From the NCBI GenBank assembly GCA_963678065.2, contig CAXXVZ010000005.1:1056001-1120000 (forward strand): a stretch of DNA of 64,000 nt, written 5' to 3'. The translations under genes and the position numbers were made by a program. This document shows, piece after piece, positions 37,754 to 47,977 of the stretch. Source of the DNA: Treponemataceae bacterium (GTDB taxonomy: Bacteria > Spirochaetota > Spirochaetia > Treponematales > Rectinemataceae). Below the pieces are notes generated by a model. That model saw only the letters and a program-made list of their open reading frames with translations, was not told the origin of the DNA and made no database searches. Position 1 is the first letter of the stretch, and each line of letters opens with the position of its first letter.

Positions 37754-39724
37754 TCAATGGCTGTTGGCAAAGTAAACGGCACCGATGGCCTGGGCAAACT
37801 GGGCGACGGTAAGCTCCGGATGCCGCTCAAGCTCCTTCATCAGGGCGGTATTGGCCATGCCGGTCCCGGCCACAATCAGGGAAATGTCGGGCTTGATGCC
37901 GCGTCCGCCCTCTGCCATCAAATCGAAACAGGTTGGATTCTTGACGAGCCGGCCGAAGAGGAATCGCTCATCCGTGCCCGGATCGAGGATGCGCTTTGTC
38001 TCGAGCAGCGTCACGGCCAGGAATTCGCCTATCTCGCGCCATATCCTGCGGTTCGTATCGTCGTTCTCGCGATCCGGCAGCATCATCATATGCTCGAGGA
38101 AAGGTTTTCGCTGATCGATGGGTTCGGTGGGAACGTACCAGCCCATGGAATCGCCCTCCGGAGTTCCAACGACGCCGCTGGCCGCGCGGCGCACGATATA
38201 TCCCTTGTCCTGCAGCTCGCGGAACAGGTCGGGGCGCTCGGCGGGGAAGTATTTCATGGCGAGCCTGAACACTCCGCTTTGACTGCAGTACTTCTGCAGG
38301 GTACCGGGCAAGCCCGTGTTGAAATTGTTGACGCTCCGCAGATCGTCGGGCTCATACCCCCGCTCCGGCCAGCTCCCGAGGTCGATGATGAAATTGTAGA
38401 CCTCCAGGGGGATATCCGGGATGGCTCCGGTCTCGGTCACCCAGCCAGTGCCGAGCTCGGTGCCAAGCGTGTGGGCGAATACCCCGTTGGCTACCTCATC
38501 GGCTTTGGGCGAAGCTTCGGCATTCCCCGAAGCCACGACTTCGGAGGAGGCCGCAATCTCGACCGCCGCGGTGAACGACGCCATTGGCCCGTCGTTGATG
38601 ATCCGCACGACTCCATCGGGCTTCACTCGGGTCTTGAGCCGCGTGTCGAGCTCGGTGAGTTCGGCGAAATCGGATTCGTAGTCCAGGCCTGGGTTGTTGC
38701 GTATCCCCCGGGTTTTGTACACCTCGCCGCCCACGATCTTGTTTCGGACGACGACATCGGGAAAACACAGGCCGATTCCGTCGAAGAGCAGGGGCCCACC
38801 CCGCCCCTCGCCCGAAGCCTCACCGGAGGCATCGTCGAATCCCTCGACCTTCAGGCTTTCCAGCGCCTTTGAAATCGCGGCATCATCCGCTTTCCTGTCC
38901 ATGGCAGCGGCGATCCGACCGAGTAATTCCTTCCGCCGCTCGTCCGTCATGGGTGTTCGATGGAGCCATAGCCGGGCCTGGAGCAGCCGAGTAAGGAGGA
39001 GAATCGGATCGACCAGCTGGCGGGACCGGAGGAAGCTCGCCGGGAACCAGTCGTATTCCTTGTAGTCGACGACCACGCCATCGTCCACCAGGACAGCCTT
39101 GATGTCCGTTCCCCCGACATCGATGCCGCAGAAGGCTTTGCCCTCGAGGCCGGCGGTGCAGCGCCTGAAGGCGGACAGGCTGTCGCCCTTCGGGCGAGGC
39201 TTCGCCACCAAAGGTGGCGGCTCGATCGCCGGCAGCTGCGACAGCGGGCTGATGTCGAAGCGAAACGGGGGCTCGCCCGGATGGACCGCCGCAATCATCC
39301 GGTCCAGCACGTTGATGGCCCGGCCATAGCCGCTCCGCTGACTGCGGGGCTCATCCACGCAGAATACTTCGTTCAGCCTTTGGGTCAGATCGACAAGCTC
39401 TCGGGAGGCCGGATCCACGAAGATAGTCATGGAGCGGGCGCCCATGCCCGACAGGATGTTGTAGATCTCGGCATGGACATACTCGTGGACGAAATTCCTT
39501 TCCTGAGCGGAACAGCGGCAAAGCCTGGGCAGCTTGAGTTCCCACGCCTTTTCGCCATCGGCGCCGAGGAGCTTGATGACGAGGACCATCCGGTCGCTCT
39601 CTTCTTCCGGGAGCGCGGCGAAGTGCGCGTGGACGCGGCTGATGTAGACCGGCTTCCCGGCCTCGGCGTCGGCGATCATCTCTCGAAGCGCAATGGCCTC
39701 CTTCCCGGCATTCCGTATACTCAT
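37754..39724 (-). CDS. Large divergent ROK/ASKHA-like protein with an unknown N-terminal domain
   Basis: GIDVGGTDIK, GIGLCFPD, INDG, TLGTELGTG; 4-bp overlap with the activase gene. Confidence 0.62.
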   Translation of the reverse strand: MSIRNAGKEAIALREMIADAEAGKPVYISRVHAHFAALPEEESDRMVLVIKLLGADGEKAWELKLPRLCRCSAQERNFVHEYVHAEIYNILSGMGARSMTIFVDPASRELVDLTQRLNEVFCVDEPRSQRSGYGRAINVLDRMIAAVHPGEPPFRFDISPLSQLPAIEPPPLVAKPRPKGDSLSAFRRCTAGLEGKAFCGIDVGGTDIKAVLVDDGVVVDYKEYDWFPASFLRSRQLVDPILLLTRLLQARLWLHRTPMTDERRKELLGRIAAAMDRKADDAAISKALESLKVEGFDDASGEASGEGRGGPLLFDGIGLCFPDVVVRNKIVGGEVYKTRGIRNNPGLDYESDFAELTELDTRLKTRVKPDGVVRIINDGPMASFTAAVEIAASSEVVASGNAEASPKADEVANGVFAHTLGTELGTGWVTETGAIPDIPLEVYNFIIDLGSWPERGYEPDDLRSVNNFNTGLPGTLQKYCSQSGVFRLAMKYFPAERPDLFRELQDKGYIVRRAASGVVGTPEGDSMGWYVPTEPIDQRKPFLEHMMMLPDRENDDTNRRIWREIGEFLAVTLLETKRILDPGTDERFLFGRLVKNPTCFDLMAEGGRGIKPDISLIVAGTGMANTALMKELERHPELTVAQFAQAIGAVYFANSH

Positions 39725-40644
39725 AGTCTATGCTCCCGGACGACCGCCAATCCTTCGGCTTCCAAGATGGCGTTGAGTTCCGACAGCTCCTCCCCGCCCA
39801 GCGGCACCATGTTCTGGAAAAATCCCTGGTCGCGGTTCATGAGCAGGTACTTGCTCTCCGCCAGGGGATTGAAGTTGATGAGTTCGACCCGCCCCCCGGG
39901 GTTACAGCTTCGGACGAACTGGGCGATGGCCCGGATGTTCGCGCTCAGGGCTGTCACCCGCGGGATCAAGGGTATCCTCGTCAGCAGGTCCCGCCTGAGA
40001 CTCGAAAGGCGCCTGTAGTTCTCCCGGATGAGCTCGTTGCCATGACCCGTATATTCCTTGTGCTGTTGCGAATCCGCGAGTTTCAGGTCGACGATGAACA
40101 GATCCGTGACGGGAAGAAATTCTTCCACGATATTCCAGGAACCCTGCAGGCAAGTCTCTATGGCCGTATGCACGCCCGCCGCCTTGCACTGCCGCAGGAT
40201 TTCCACGGCGAACTGGTGCTGGACCAGGGGGTCTCCCCCGGAGATGGTTATTCCCCCGCCCGATTGCGCGTAGAATGGCTGGTCGCGCAGCAGGGTAGCC
40301 ACGACATCTTCGCTCGACAGGCGCTGGCCGTCGAAGGAGAGGGCTGTCGTCGGGCAGGCTTGGACACAGAGGCCGCATTTCGTGCAGCGCTGGCGGTTGA
40401 TCCAGATGAAGGTTTCGCCTTCTTCGTCGGCCCATAAGGCATCGGCAGGGCAGACGCCAAGGCAGGCGCGGCAACGGATGCACTGGCGGGGAAAGTACCA
40501 CAGGTCGACGCTGTTTTCCTCACCCTCCGGATTGTGGCACCAGGCGCAGCGCAGGGCGCAGCCCTTCAGGAAGACCGTGGAGCGTATGCCGGGGCCATCG
40601 TGGATCGTGAAGCGCTTGATGTCGATGATATTCCCGTCCATCAT
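39721..40644 (-). CDS. pflC: Glycyl-radical enzyme activating protein (radical SAM, two auxiliary Fe-S motifs)
   Basis: HDGPGIRSTVFLKGCALRCAWCHNPE, CIRCRAC...CP, CTKCGLC...CP, SGGDP. Confidence 0.9.
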   Translation of the reverse strand: MMDGNIIDIKRFTIHDGPGIRSTVFLKGCALRCAWCHNPEGEENSVDLWYFPRQCIRCRACLGVCPADALWADEEGETFIWINRQRCTKCGLCVQACPTTALSFDGQRLSSEDVVATLLRDQPFYAQSGGGITISGGDPLVQHQFAVEILRQCKAAGVHTAIETCLQGSWNIVEEFLPVTDLFIVDLKLADSQQHKEYTGHGNELIRENYRRLSSLRRDLLTRIPLIPRVTALSANIRAIAQFVRSCNPGGRVELINFNPLAESKYLLMNRDQGFFQNMVPLGGEELSELNAILEAEGLAVVREHRL

Positions 40645-43151
40645 GTGTCCCCGTAGCTCGTCCGCGCGATTATCTCATCCTGGAGATCGTTGGCCAGCTC
40701 GACGAAATAGGCGGTGTAGCCGGCCACCCGCACCGTGAGGCTTCGCCATTCTTCCGGATGGGCCTTGGCGGCGAGGAGGTCCTCCTTGCGCACCACGTTG
40801 AACTGGACATGGTTGATGTGGAGCTGGACGAAGGTCCGCAAGAGGCTCGCGAATTTGCCGATGCCCTCCTCGGTGCGGAAAAATTCCGGAAGGAATTTCA
40901 TGTTCAGCAGGGTGCCGTTGCTGCCGTCCGCGGCATCGATCCGGGAAACCGAGCGGAGCAGGGCCGTCGGGCCGGCGCGGTCGCGGCCGTACATCGCCGA
41001 CATGCCTCCGTCGGCCAGGGGATCCTTGGCCTTGCGCCCATCGAGCGAAGCGCCCACGTTCTGCCCCATGGGGACGTGGGCAGAGACGGTGTAGAGCCCC
41101 GAATGGTAGATGCCGCCGCGGGCGTTAGTGTAGGCGCTAAGCTTCTTGGCGAAATAATCCACCCACTTCGCCGCGATGGCGTCGACCCACTCGATGTCGT
41201 TGCCGTATTTCGGGACCTTGTTGATGACCCGCTGGCGCAGGGCCTCAGCGCCGTCGTAATTGTTCCTGATCGCGGCGAGCAAGTCATCGGCGCGCAGGCT
41301 CTTGTCCTCGTACACGCACCTCTTCGCCACCGCCAGGCAGTCCGCGACATTGGCCACCTGGATGGCCTGGATGCCCGACAGATTGTATTTGGCTCCGCCC
41401 GCGGTGACATCGAGGGCTTTTTCGGCGCAGCCGTCGATCACCGACGAGAGGAAGGGCGAAGGCAGGAGCTCGGCATGGAGACGGTCCACAAAATCGCAGG
41501 CCACGATCATGCGCTCCACGAAATGATCCATCTGGCGCCGGAAGGCGTCTTCCAGCTGCGCGTAGGTCCCGTAATCGCCGAAGGAACCCAGATCGAGGCC
41601 CATTTTCTTGCCTGAGAGGAGACATACCCCGTTGTTGAGGGTCAATTCCAGGGCCTTGACCATGTTGAACATGGCGGCGTCGCTCCAGCCGAGGCTGTTT
41701 CCCTGGGAGGTCAGCTCCACGCAGCCGACGATGGCGTAGTCCATGGCGTCGTCGTGGGAGAGCCCTCTCGCCTCGAGCGCCGGGATGATGCTCTCGTCGT
41801 TGAAAATCTGTGGCATGCCAGAGCCGAGGCCGATGACTCTGGCGCATTCCCGGACGAATTCCCCGGAAGACTGGCTGGACAGGCGGGCGGAAAGGTTGGG
41901 CTGGGGGAGGCCGATCTCTTCCTGGGCCTTGAGGAAGAGAAAGGAGAGTTCGTTCGAAGCGTCGACGCCGTCCCGGGTCAGCCCTCCACAGGCGAGGTTG
42001 AAGCCGATGGGGAAGCCGGCGAAGTACCGGGCGCTGCTCGAGCTGCGCAGGTAGACGATCTGGTTGAACTTGAGCCAGAGCGCCTCGATGATCTCCAATG
42101 CCCCGGACCGATCGAGGACGCCTGCCGCGATGTCCCTTTCGTAATAGGGAAGGAGGTACTGGTCCGCCCTGCCGGGCGAGAACGAGGAGGCGTTCGATTC
42201 GAGCTGCAGGAGCACGAAGAGGAACCAGAGCGACTGGATCGCGTCGTGGAAGGAGACGGCCGGCTGCTGTGCAAGCCTTTCGCAGCGGGCGGCCACAGCC
42301 TTCAGATTCTCCCTTTCGTCGGCCGACCCCGCGCTGTCCGCCATCTCGGCGGCCCTGCCTGCGTACCGGCGCATGAAGTCCATGGCCCCTTCGAGCACGA
42401 TGATCGCGCCCCGGTAGAAATTGACGGCTGGGGTCGCGGCCCCAGCCGCGGCGCAAGCCGAAGCCTCGGGGGAGGTGCCCCGCGGCGCGCCCTGCGATGC
42501 TTCCGGTGACGCGCCCTGTGAGACGACCTGCGACGCGCTCTGCGCTGCTTCCGGCGAGACGGCTTGCGACACGCTACGCATGCGCGAGAGCATGTCGTCC
42601 CGGATCCCCTTGGGCCCGAGCGCCAACCAGCGGGCGACGTCGGGGCAGATATGGCCTTGGGCATGGTCGGTCTGGTTAATCTTGACGACCTTGCCGATGG
42701 CGCCGATTTCCTCGCCGATCGCTTCCTTCACCTTGTCCTCGAGCGACTTTCCTTTCCAGAAGGGCAGAATCTCGCGGCGGAAGGTTTCGATATCCTCGGG
42801 TCGGACATTGAACTTGTCCTGGGGTCGGTTCGGCAGCTTCTCGATCTCGTCGTCGACCCAGGAGATGCCCGCGTCGGGTGAAACCACGCCGGCCCTGACA
42901 CCGGCCGTCCGGTTGCCAACCACCAGTTCGAGAGGATCGATCCTGATTCGGATGGCCCGCATGGCCTGGGCCAGGGATTCTGCCCGCTGGATAGTGCGCG
43001 GCTTGTCGGGATTCTGGCGATAATACTCGGTGACGATTTTCGCCTGTTCCACGGAGAGATAGCGCGGCTCATCCAGCATGCGCTGCTTGAGCGCCATGAT
43101 CCTCTGGCTGCTCTTCAGTTCGCGGATGCGTAGGATCGTCGCGGTTTCCAT
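40641..43151 (-). CDS. pflD: Glycyl radical enzyme, PflD-like
   Basis: Single-Cys loop GCVE and Gly loop VRVAGY. INQTD..QGHI, ESNASS, LRSSSSARYFAGFP and YTVSAHVP match E. coli PflD as remembered. Confidence 0.85.
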   Translation of the reverse strand: METATILRIRELKSSQRIMALKQRMLDEPRYLSVEQAKIVTEYYRQNPDKPRTIQRAESLAQAMRAIRIRIDPLELVVGNRTAGVRAGVVSPDAGISWVDDEIEKLPNRPQDKFNVRPEDIETFRREILPFWKGKSLEDKVKEAIGEEIGAIGKVVKINQTDHAQGHICPDVARWLALGPKGIRDDMLSRMRSVSQAVSPEAAQSASQVVSQGASPEASQGAPRGTSPEASACAAAGAATPAVNFYRGAIIVLEGAMDFMRRYAGRAAEMADSAGSADERENLKAVAARCERLAQQPAVSFHDAIQSLWFLFVLLQLESNASSFSPGRADQYLLPYYERDIAAGVLDRSGALEIIEALWLKFNQIVYLRSSSSARYFAGFPIGFNLACGGLTRDGVDASNELSFLFLKAQEEIGLPQPNLSARLSSQSSGEFVRECARVIGLGSGMPQIFNDESIIPALEARGLSHDDAMDYAIVGCVELTSQGNSLGWSDAAMFNMVKALELTLNNGVCLLSGKKMGLDLGSFGDYGTYAQLEDAFRRQMDHFVERMIVACDFVDRLHAELLPSPFLSSVIDGCAEKALDVTAGGAKYNLSGIQAIQVANVADCLAVAKRCVYEDKSLRADDLLAAIRNNYDGAEALRQRVINKVPKYGNDIEWVDAIAAKWVDYFAKKLSAYTNARGGIYHSGLYTVSAHVPMGQNVGASLDGRKAKDPLADGGMSAMYGRDRAGPTALLRSVSRIDAADGSNGTLLNMKFLPEFFRTEEGIGKFASLLRTFVQLHINHVQFNVVRKEDLLAAKAHPEEWRSLTVRVAGYTAYFVELANDLQDEIIARTSYGDT

Positions 43152-43217
43152 ATGACAGCTCCTTCCTTTACGGGTCGCTTGCACGGATTCAGGCCGCCGA
43201 TGTCTCGACGCTCGGCA

Positions 43218-44180
43218 TCAGACGAATTCCCGTCTGCGCTTGTTGCCGAAACAATCCAGCCAGATGATGGCCACGATGACCGCGCCCTTGAGCAGAACTT
43301 GATAATAGGAGGTGATGTTCAGCATGTTCATGACATTGTCCAGCAAACCGAACACCAGCAAGCCCAAGGCCGATTGGGGGATGCCTCCGATGCCGCCCGC
43401 GAAGGATGTGCCGCCGACGACGACGCCGCAGTTGACGACCAGGGCGGTCGTCTCGCCGTAGACCGGGGAGCCGGTATTCAGTTTGGAGGACAGCAACACC
43501 CCGGCCAGGGCGGCGGCGATCCCGCTGATCACGAACCCTATCCATTTCGTGCGGATGACGTCGATGCCCGAATACAGGGCGACGTCGTAGTCGCCGCCGA
43601 TCGCGTAGAGGTTGCGGCCGAACTGCGTATACCGCATGAGCCAATAGCAGATCCCGAGACAGACCAGCATGATCAATACGAGGTTCGGCATTCCGTAGAC
43701 ATCGCCGTTGCCGATCATCATGAAATCGGGATTCTTGGCGGGTATCGGATGGGCGTCGGTGAGCTGCTGGGCGATGCCCGTCAACAGCAAGCCTATGCCC
43801 AGGGTGATGATGAAGGGTTCCGTCTTCTGCTTGACGACGAGGAAGCCATTGATGAATCCCACGATGGCGCCGAAGATGACTCCGACCAGGATGGCGAGTC
43901 CCATGGGCATGACATCGAGCAACTTGATGGTGAGGATGCCGGAGACGACCATGGTGCCGCCTATCGAAAGGTCGCAGCCGCCCGAGATGACCGTGAAGGT
44001 CACTCCGAAGGCCAGGATGAGGAGGATGGACGTCGAATTGAGCATGTCCAGGAGATTGTAGGCCGTGTAGAAGTTGGACTTGGAGAAGAGCATGCCGGCC
44101 AGCATCACCAGAATGGCGATGAAGGCCTTCTGCTTCGTCATTATCTTGTAGAGCCTCGCTCCGATTCCTGATTTTTTCAT
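43218..44180 (-). CDS. Monosaccharide ABC transporter permease 2
   Basis: Real start MKKSGIG; DLSIG, PFIITLG, FGRNLYAIGG, VVVGGTSF.GG.G. Confidence 0.9.
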   Translation of the reverse strand: MKKSGIGARLYKIMTKQKAFIAILVMLAGMLFSKSNFYTAYNLLDMLNSTSILLILAFGVTFTVISGGCDLSIGGTMVVSGILTIKLLDVMPMGLAILVGVIFGAIVGFINGFLVVKQKTEPFIITLGIGLLLTGIAQQLTDAHPIPAKNPDFMMIGNGDVYGMPNLVLIMLVCLGICYWLMRYTQFGRNLYAIGGDYDVALYSGIDVIRTKWIGFVISGIAAALAGVLLSSKLNTGSPVYGETTALVVNCGVVVGGTSFAGGIGGIPQSALGLLVFGLLDNVMNMLNITSYYQVLLKGAVIVAIIWLDCFGNKRRREFV

Positions 44181-44191
44181 GGCAGCTTCTC

Positions 44192-45166
44192 CTACGCTTG
44201 CTTGCGGTTGTCGAGCCAGATGGCGAAGACCAGGATCGCGCCCTTGACTGCATATTGCATGTACGACGAAACACCCAGCAGGTCCAGGCAGTTGGACATG
44301 AGGATGACCAAAAGGACGCCCATCACCGTGCGCAGGACTGAGCCCTTCCCGCCCTTCAGGGTCGTGCCTCCCACGACGACGGAGAGGATGGCATTGGTCT
44401 CGTAGCCTGCGCCGATGACCGGGGCGGCCGTCGTTATGCGCGAAAAGAGCACGATCGCTCCCACGCCCGCCATGAAGCCGCAGATGGTGTAGATCACGAC
44501 TATGGCGCGCGACACCTGCACGCCGGCGAGGCGGGCGGCCGTCTTGTTGCCGCCCGTCAGGCACATGGCGCGGCCTTCGGAGGTCTTGGTCTGGAAAACC
44601 CAGAGCGCGGCGAGGCAAACAAGGAAGATCACGAAGGACACGGACAGGAACCCCACGTTCCCCCCGCCGATCGCCTCGAAGATCGACTTGCTCTTCGATA
44701 TGTCCCAGAAATGCATGGTGGAGCCGTGGCTGTAGAGCAGGGCTATCGCCGAGTAGACCGTGCTCATGCCGAAGGTGATGAAAAGGGCTTCGGCCTGGGT
44801 CAGGGCGCCCGAACTCAGTATCAGGACACTGTTCAGGACACCGCAGACCGCCCCGATCGCCAGTCCGATCAGCAGTGCCGGCATCTGGCCGAGGGGCTGG
44901 ATGAGGGAAATCGTCACCACCGCCACCAGGTTGATCGTTCCGGCCACTGACAGGTCGATGAAACCGCCGATGATCACGAAGGTCATGCCGAGTGACACCA
45001 TGATCAAGGGCCCGAACTGGCGCATGATGTTCACCAGGTTCGCCCCGGACATGAACTTGGGCTCGACGATCGCCGTGATCGCCACAAGGGCGACGATCAT
45101 CACCAGGACAAGGTAATCCCTCAGGATGGCGCTGCCGGTTTTTATGACAGTATTTTTCTCCTGCAT
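44192..45166 (-). CDS. Monosaccharide ABC transporter permease 1
   Basis: GMTFVII.G.IDLSV, GGN..AARLAG, VVVGGTTLKGGKG. Confidence 0.9.
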   Translation of the reverse strand: MQEKNTVIKTGSAILRDYLVLVMIVALVAITAIVEPKFMSGANLVNIMRQFGPLIMVSLGMTFVIIGGFIDLSVAGTINLVAVVTISLIQPLGQMPALLIGLAIGAVCGVLNSVLILSSGALTQAEALFITFGMSTVYSAIALLYSHGSTMHFWDISKSKSIFEAIGGGNVGFLSVSFVIFLVCLAALWVFQTKTSEGRAMCLTGGNKTAARLAGVQVSRAIVVIYTICGFMAGVGAIVLFSRITTAAPVIGAGYETNAILSVVVGGTTLKGGKGSVLRTVMGVLLVILMSNCLDLLGVSSYMQYAVKGAILVFAIWLDNRKQA

Positions 45167-45168
45167 GA

Positions 45169-46668
45169 TTATTCACATCCTCCAGGCATCCCCAACGCGG
45201 CGCCCATTATCGCGTCGGCCTTCGTCGTTTGGGGATCGAATTCTCCGGTAATCCGGCCTTCGAAAATAGTCAGCACGCGGTTGCTCATATTCAAAACCTC
45301 GGGGAGCTCGGAGGAGATGAGGATGATCGCCCCGCCCCGCTCCGCGATATCTTTCATGAGCATATAGATTTCGTACTTGGCGCCGACGTCGATCCCCTTC
45401 GTGGGTTCGTCCATGATGAAAATGCTGGGGGAAATTTCCAGCCAGCGCCCGACGATGCATTTCTGTTGATTCCCGCCCGAAAGGTTGCCGACGGCGACCT
45501 TGGTCGAGGGGGTCTTGATGGCGAGGGCTTTGACCTGCCTCGCCCCGATGCCCTTCTCGAGGGACTTCCGGATAAAGCCGAATTTCGAGAAGTTCGAGAT
45601 GCTCGCCATGGAAATGTTGGATTCCACGGAAAACGGCAGGACGAGGCCCTGGAGTTTCCGGTCTTCCGGAATGAAACCGAAGCCCGCGTTCTTGGCGTCC
45701 CTGGGATTCCGTATGGTGATGTGCTTGCCTTCGATCAGGACCTTGTGTCCCCTGACCTTGTCGGCGCCGAACAGCGCGCGGACGATCTCGGTCCGGCCAG
45801 CCCCCACCAATCCCACGAGGCCCAGTATCTCGCCTTTCTTGAGGGTGAAGGAGATGTCGTGCAACTTGTGCGTATTGATGGAACGGACCTCCATCAGAGT
45901 ATCTCCGACGGAGCGCGGACGCTCCGGATACTCGTTCTCGATCGTCCGTCCGATCATCATCGTGATCAGATCGTTTCGCGTGAATTCGACCACCGGCTTC
46001 GTGTCGATGACATGGCCGTCGCGCATGACGCTGACGATGTCGCAGAACTCGAAGATCTCGTCCAGCTTGTGGCTGATATAGATGATGGAGATTCCCTGCT
46101 CTTTCAGTTGGTGGATTATCTTGACCAGCTCGCACATCTCCTCGCCCGTCAGGCTGCTCGAGGGCTCATCCATGATGATGAGTTTGGACTTGAAGGAGAG
46201 CGCCTTGGCGATCTCCACCATCTGCTTTTCCGAGACGCTCAGCTCGGACACCATTTTGGTCGTGCTCACCTTGCTGCCGATGCTCGCAAGGAGCTCCCTG
46301 GCCTTGGCGTGGGTGCCGCGCATGCCCTTCATTTCCTTGAAGCGGCCCAGAAAGACGTTCTCGCCTACGCTCATCGTGTTGACGAGATTGAGTTCCTGGT
46401 AGATTATCGCGAGTCCGCTCTGCATGGACTCCTGCGGCGTCGTGCGCTCGATGGTCTGGCCGTCGAAAACCACAGTACCTGAGTCCTTCTGGTAGACGCC
46501 GGACAGGATCTTCATCAAGGTCGACTTGCCCGCCCCGTTCTCGCCGACGATGCCGTGCACCATGCCCCGCCTGACCTCAATGGACACCTTGTCCAATGCC
46601 CGAACGCCCGGGAAGGATTTGCAGACATCCTTGATAGCTAGTATTACTTCTGACCCTACGGTATCCAT
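45169..46668 (-). CDS. Monosaccharide ABC transporter ATPase (RbsA/MglA type)
   Basis: GENGAGKST, DEPS, SHKL, PEDRK, LSGGNQQK, DEPTKGIDVGAK. Confidence 0.95.
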   Translation of the reverse strand: MDTVGSEVILAIKDVCKSFPGVRALDKVSIEVRRGMVHGIVGENGAGKSTLMKILSGVYQKDSGTVVFDGQTIERTTPQESMQSGLAIIYQELNLVNTMSVGENVFLGRFKEMKGMRGTHAKARELLASIGSKVSTTKMVSELSVSEKQMVEIAKALSFKSKLIIMDEPSSSLTGEEMCELVKIIHQLKEQGISIIYISHKLDEIFEFCDIVSVMRDGHVIDTKPVVEFTRNDLITMMIGRTIENEYPERPRSVGDTLMEVRSINTHKLHDISFTLKKGEILGLVGLVGAGRTEIVRALFGADKVRGHKVLIEGKHITIRNPRDAKNAGFGFIPEDRKLQGLVLPFSVESNISMASISNFSKFGFIRKSLEKGIGARQVKALAIKTPSTKVAVGNLSGGNQQKCIVGRWLEISPSIFIMDEPTKGIDVGAKYEIYMLMKDIAERGGAIILISSELPEVLNMSNRVLTIFEGRITGEFDPQTTKADAIMGAALGMPGGCE

Positions 46669-46698
46669 CGCTTAACCTCGATTGGCTTAATAAAAATC

Positions 46699-46728
46699 GG
46701 CTCGTTCCGCTTGAGGGCGAAACGAGCC
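46699..46728 (-). terminator. Hairpin with U-tract after the substrate-binding protein gene
   Basis: GGCTCGTT..AACGAGCC stem followed by GATTTTT on the minus strand. Confidence 0.6.
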
Positions 46729-46751
46729 CTTTACATTTGCCTAACCTGATC

Positions 46752-47696
46752 TCACCACTCGGGCATGTCGAATTCGCCTGAATCGATCAGGGCCTTGTCG
46801 ACGACAGTCAGCGGGACGAAGTTGACGGGCTCGACCTTCTTGCCGGCCACTACGGCCTTGGCAAGCTCGAGGTCCTTCTTGGCCATGACGGTGAAGTCCT
46901 GGGCTATGCTGACGGACTGCTCGCCGCTCTGCACCTGGACATAGCCGGCGCGGTTGCCGTCGACGCCGACGATGAACAGACCGGTAATTCCGGCGGCCTT
47001 GGCTGCCTGGAGAACGCCCGTGGCGCCGTTGTCCCAATGGCAGAACACGCCCTGGATGTCTTTGCCGTACTTGACGATCATGTTCTCCATGATGGTCAGG
47101 GCTTCGGAGGTGGACCACTGGGTGCAGGCCTTGTAGTCGATGACCTGGATCTTCGAGCCCTTGATCGCGGCGTTGAATCCGTCGTGGCGCTTGATCTGGG
47201 CGTCGTGGCCGGCCTGGCCGCCGATCTCGACGATCTTCGCTCCGTTCGGGAACTTCTTGATGAAGGCCGCGGCAGCCTGCTGGCCCGCCATGGTGTCGTT
47301 GACGCCGGCGTAGAAGTCGCGGAACTTCTGGTTCGCCGCGGCCAAGTCCGACGAGAACATGCCGACGATGATGCCCGCCTGCTTGGCCTTCATGAGGCTG
47401 GGGACGATCGCGTTGATGTCGTTCGGGTTGAGAAAGATGACCTTGAACTTCTGCGCGATGCAGTTCGTGACGATCTGGGACTCGGCCTGGGTGTCGCCCT
47501 TGGCGTCGAAGGTGTACATGTCGAAACCGTACTCAGCTCCGTACTTCAGGAACTGCTTCGACGAGAAAGCCTGCGACTCGTTGGCCATGTTGGAAATGAT
47601 GAACGCCGCCTTTAACTTGGCCTGAGCGCTCACTCCGGAAACCACCGCGACCAGCAGCACGAGAGCGATGACCAACGCCTTTTTCATTCTTACCAT
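46752..47696 (-). CDS. Sugar ABC transporter substrate-binding protein (RbsB-like)
   Basis: Signal peptide, DAKGD..E, RHDGF, VGVDG, SIAQD. Confidence 0.9.
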   Translation of the reverse strand: MVRMKKALVIALVLLVAVVSGVSAQAKLKAAFIISNMANESQAFSSKQFLKYGAEYGFDMYTFDAKGDTQAESQIVTNCIAQKFKVIFLNPNDINAIVPSLMKAKQAGIIVGMFSSDLAAANQKFRDFYAGVNDTMAGQQAAAAFIKKFPNGAKIVEIGGQAGHDAQIKRHDGFNAAIKGSKIQVIDYKACTQWSTSEALTIMENMIVKYGKDIQGVFCHWDNGATGVLQAAKAAGITGLFIVGVDGNRAGYVQVQSGEQSVSIAQDFTVMAKKDLELAKAVVAGKKVEPVNFVPLTVVDKALIDSGEFDMPEW

Positions 47697-47977
47697 TCTG
47701 AACCTCCTCTCACAGCGTGAAATATCATACAGTGAGTTTTAGAACTCACATGTAAGCGAAAATTCGACATCCAGAAATTTCAAAAATTGTAAATTTAATT
47801 TCATTCGAATCATAATTAGTATCGAATGAAGCATACGATGGGGACCTATCTGTGGTTAAATCTCGTGGCTTACAGGACATACGCCCCTCCAAATCTTCAC
47901 TAAAGTCATGATACAGCACTTTGGGAAGTTGAAAAGGGCGAAAACTGCACGAAGAGGAGGACAAAACTGAACAACGA

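Noticed and set aside
36349..37830. 493-aa ORF
   Set aside because: Only the part from 36834 is a real GlcG-like gene; the rest overlaps the dehydrogenase out of frame.
43218..45176. 652-aa ORF suggesting a fused permease
   Set aside because: The N-terminal half is an off-frame overlap of the upstream permease; the real gene starts at 44180.
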